DNA of 63,873 nucleotides, filler included, from Diploschistes diacapsis (Eukaryota): NCBI GenBank assembly GCA_023645945.1. It is 15 parts of 15 records of this genome, joined end to end, with 100 filler letters (N's around TTAATTAATTAA, not from the genome) between each part and the next. Parts side by side here need not be neighbours in the genome. Positions count along the whole stretch, not along the records: positions 61,255 to 63,873 come from JALAIB010002134.1; 14 more parts are not named here. One strand, 5' to 3'. Shown piece by piece: positions 62,860 to 63,873 of this stretch (position 1 is its first letter; each line of letters starts with the position of its first letter). The notes under the pieces were generated by a model. It saw only the letters and a program-made list of their open reading frames with translations, ran no database searches and was not told where the DNA came from. The position numbers and the translations under genes were made by a program.

Positions 62860-63873
62860 CTTGTCTTGCTTCGGCTGAGCTTTGATACTGAAGCTGTGCT
62901 CTTTCAATTAAATGATGGCAGAAGAGTGGGCTTAAAGAAGCCCAGACCGTTGATTTTGCTTGTGGCAGTTCGTGATTCGTATAACGAAGGATTTGAGGCG
63001 CGGACGGAATCGTGTCGATGCCGAAGCTTCAGCTCTAATACGGAATAATTGACTTTGATGACTCTTGGAGCTCTATCGGAATGAGGGGAAAAGAAAACTA
63101 GGGGGAGCTGTGAGTAAAGGAAGAGCCTGTAAAAGTGGGGAAAGCGTGTCTAATAGTTACAGTGAGAATTTCGTGTTACCGGAAACAAGCTGCAGGAGAA
63201 GGGGTGGAGAGAGGCAACGAAGAGTCAAATTATGGGACTCAAAAATGGGAAGGCGGATATAGGACGCTTTGACGCTTTGACGACGGGACCAAAAAATGAC
63301 TCCAACAACAGCATTATTGGGGAGGGTTATTGCACGGGAGAAATAAAGGATAAAGGTAGTATCTATTACTTCATTCGCTCCGTGACAACTCCGTGACAAG
63401 AAGGCGAGGGAGGCAAAGATAATCAATCTCCTTGAATCCGTCGCATGAACATTAGAGATCAGAGGGTTGCCTACTAGGTAGGGGGAAGCCCGGCGCTAAG
63501 ACGTCATAGCTTTTATTTTCAACTTTCAGCTTCAGCTTCAACTTCAACTTCAGAAGACTTTTTTAGTGATTTATTGTTGGTATTTTCCTGGAATACCTGA
63601 GATGGGGGTAAACATTTAAAGAAAAATAGTCCCCACCCAAAAATATAAAATATAAAAAAGTTATTCACGGATATAAAACAATCACTTTTTTAATCAGAAA
63701 TAAGGGAACCTAACTACTTTTGGCCTAGTACTAACTATAAAGTCGGACCCTGAACGACATTGACTTAATTGTCCCATTCCCTTGGCCTTCCAGAACACGC
63801 TACTTTCTACTTCTATTTCTGCCCCATTCACTGGTTGACTGTATTGGCTTGGGATGCTTGGCGGCTCTTCTTC

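Overview
This is filamentous ascomycete (Pezizomycotina) nuclear DNA, with spliceosomal introns and RIP-like repeat decay. It is not one continuous locus: fourteen identical 100-nt spacers (N44-TTAATTAATTAA-N44) join separate contigs, and after position 25,459 the contigs are about 2.6 kb each in non-increasing size order, so adjacency across spacers carries no information. Contig 1 (1-25,359) has about 4.6 kb with no recognisable gene, then housekeeping genes: DUF2841/YDR124W-like, SAC3, PEX3, ATG101, YOP1, an RFX transcription factor, Derlin and FES1. The small contigs carry a PaaI thioesterase ending in SKL, ALG10, a coiled-coil protein, a zinc-finger protein, a SCOC/DUF2205-like protein and two secreted prepro-protein genes in TE-flanked islands. 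They also hold many AT-rich degraded transposons (Gypsy/chromovirus, Copia, Fot1/pogo, hAT MITE, PIF/Harbinger-like). The best candidates for novelty are (1) a Kex2/Ste13-type precursor predicted to release a 32-aa cationic six-cysteine peptide with unusual Cys spacing, and (2) a 1.27-kb non-autonomous LTR element whose primer-binding site is complementary to its own LTR, suggesting Tf1-type self-priming. All family calls come from motif recognition by eye; no searches were run.
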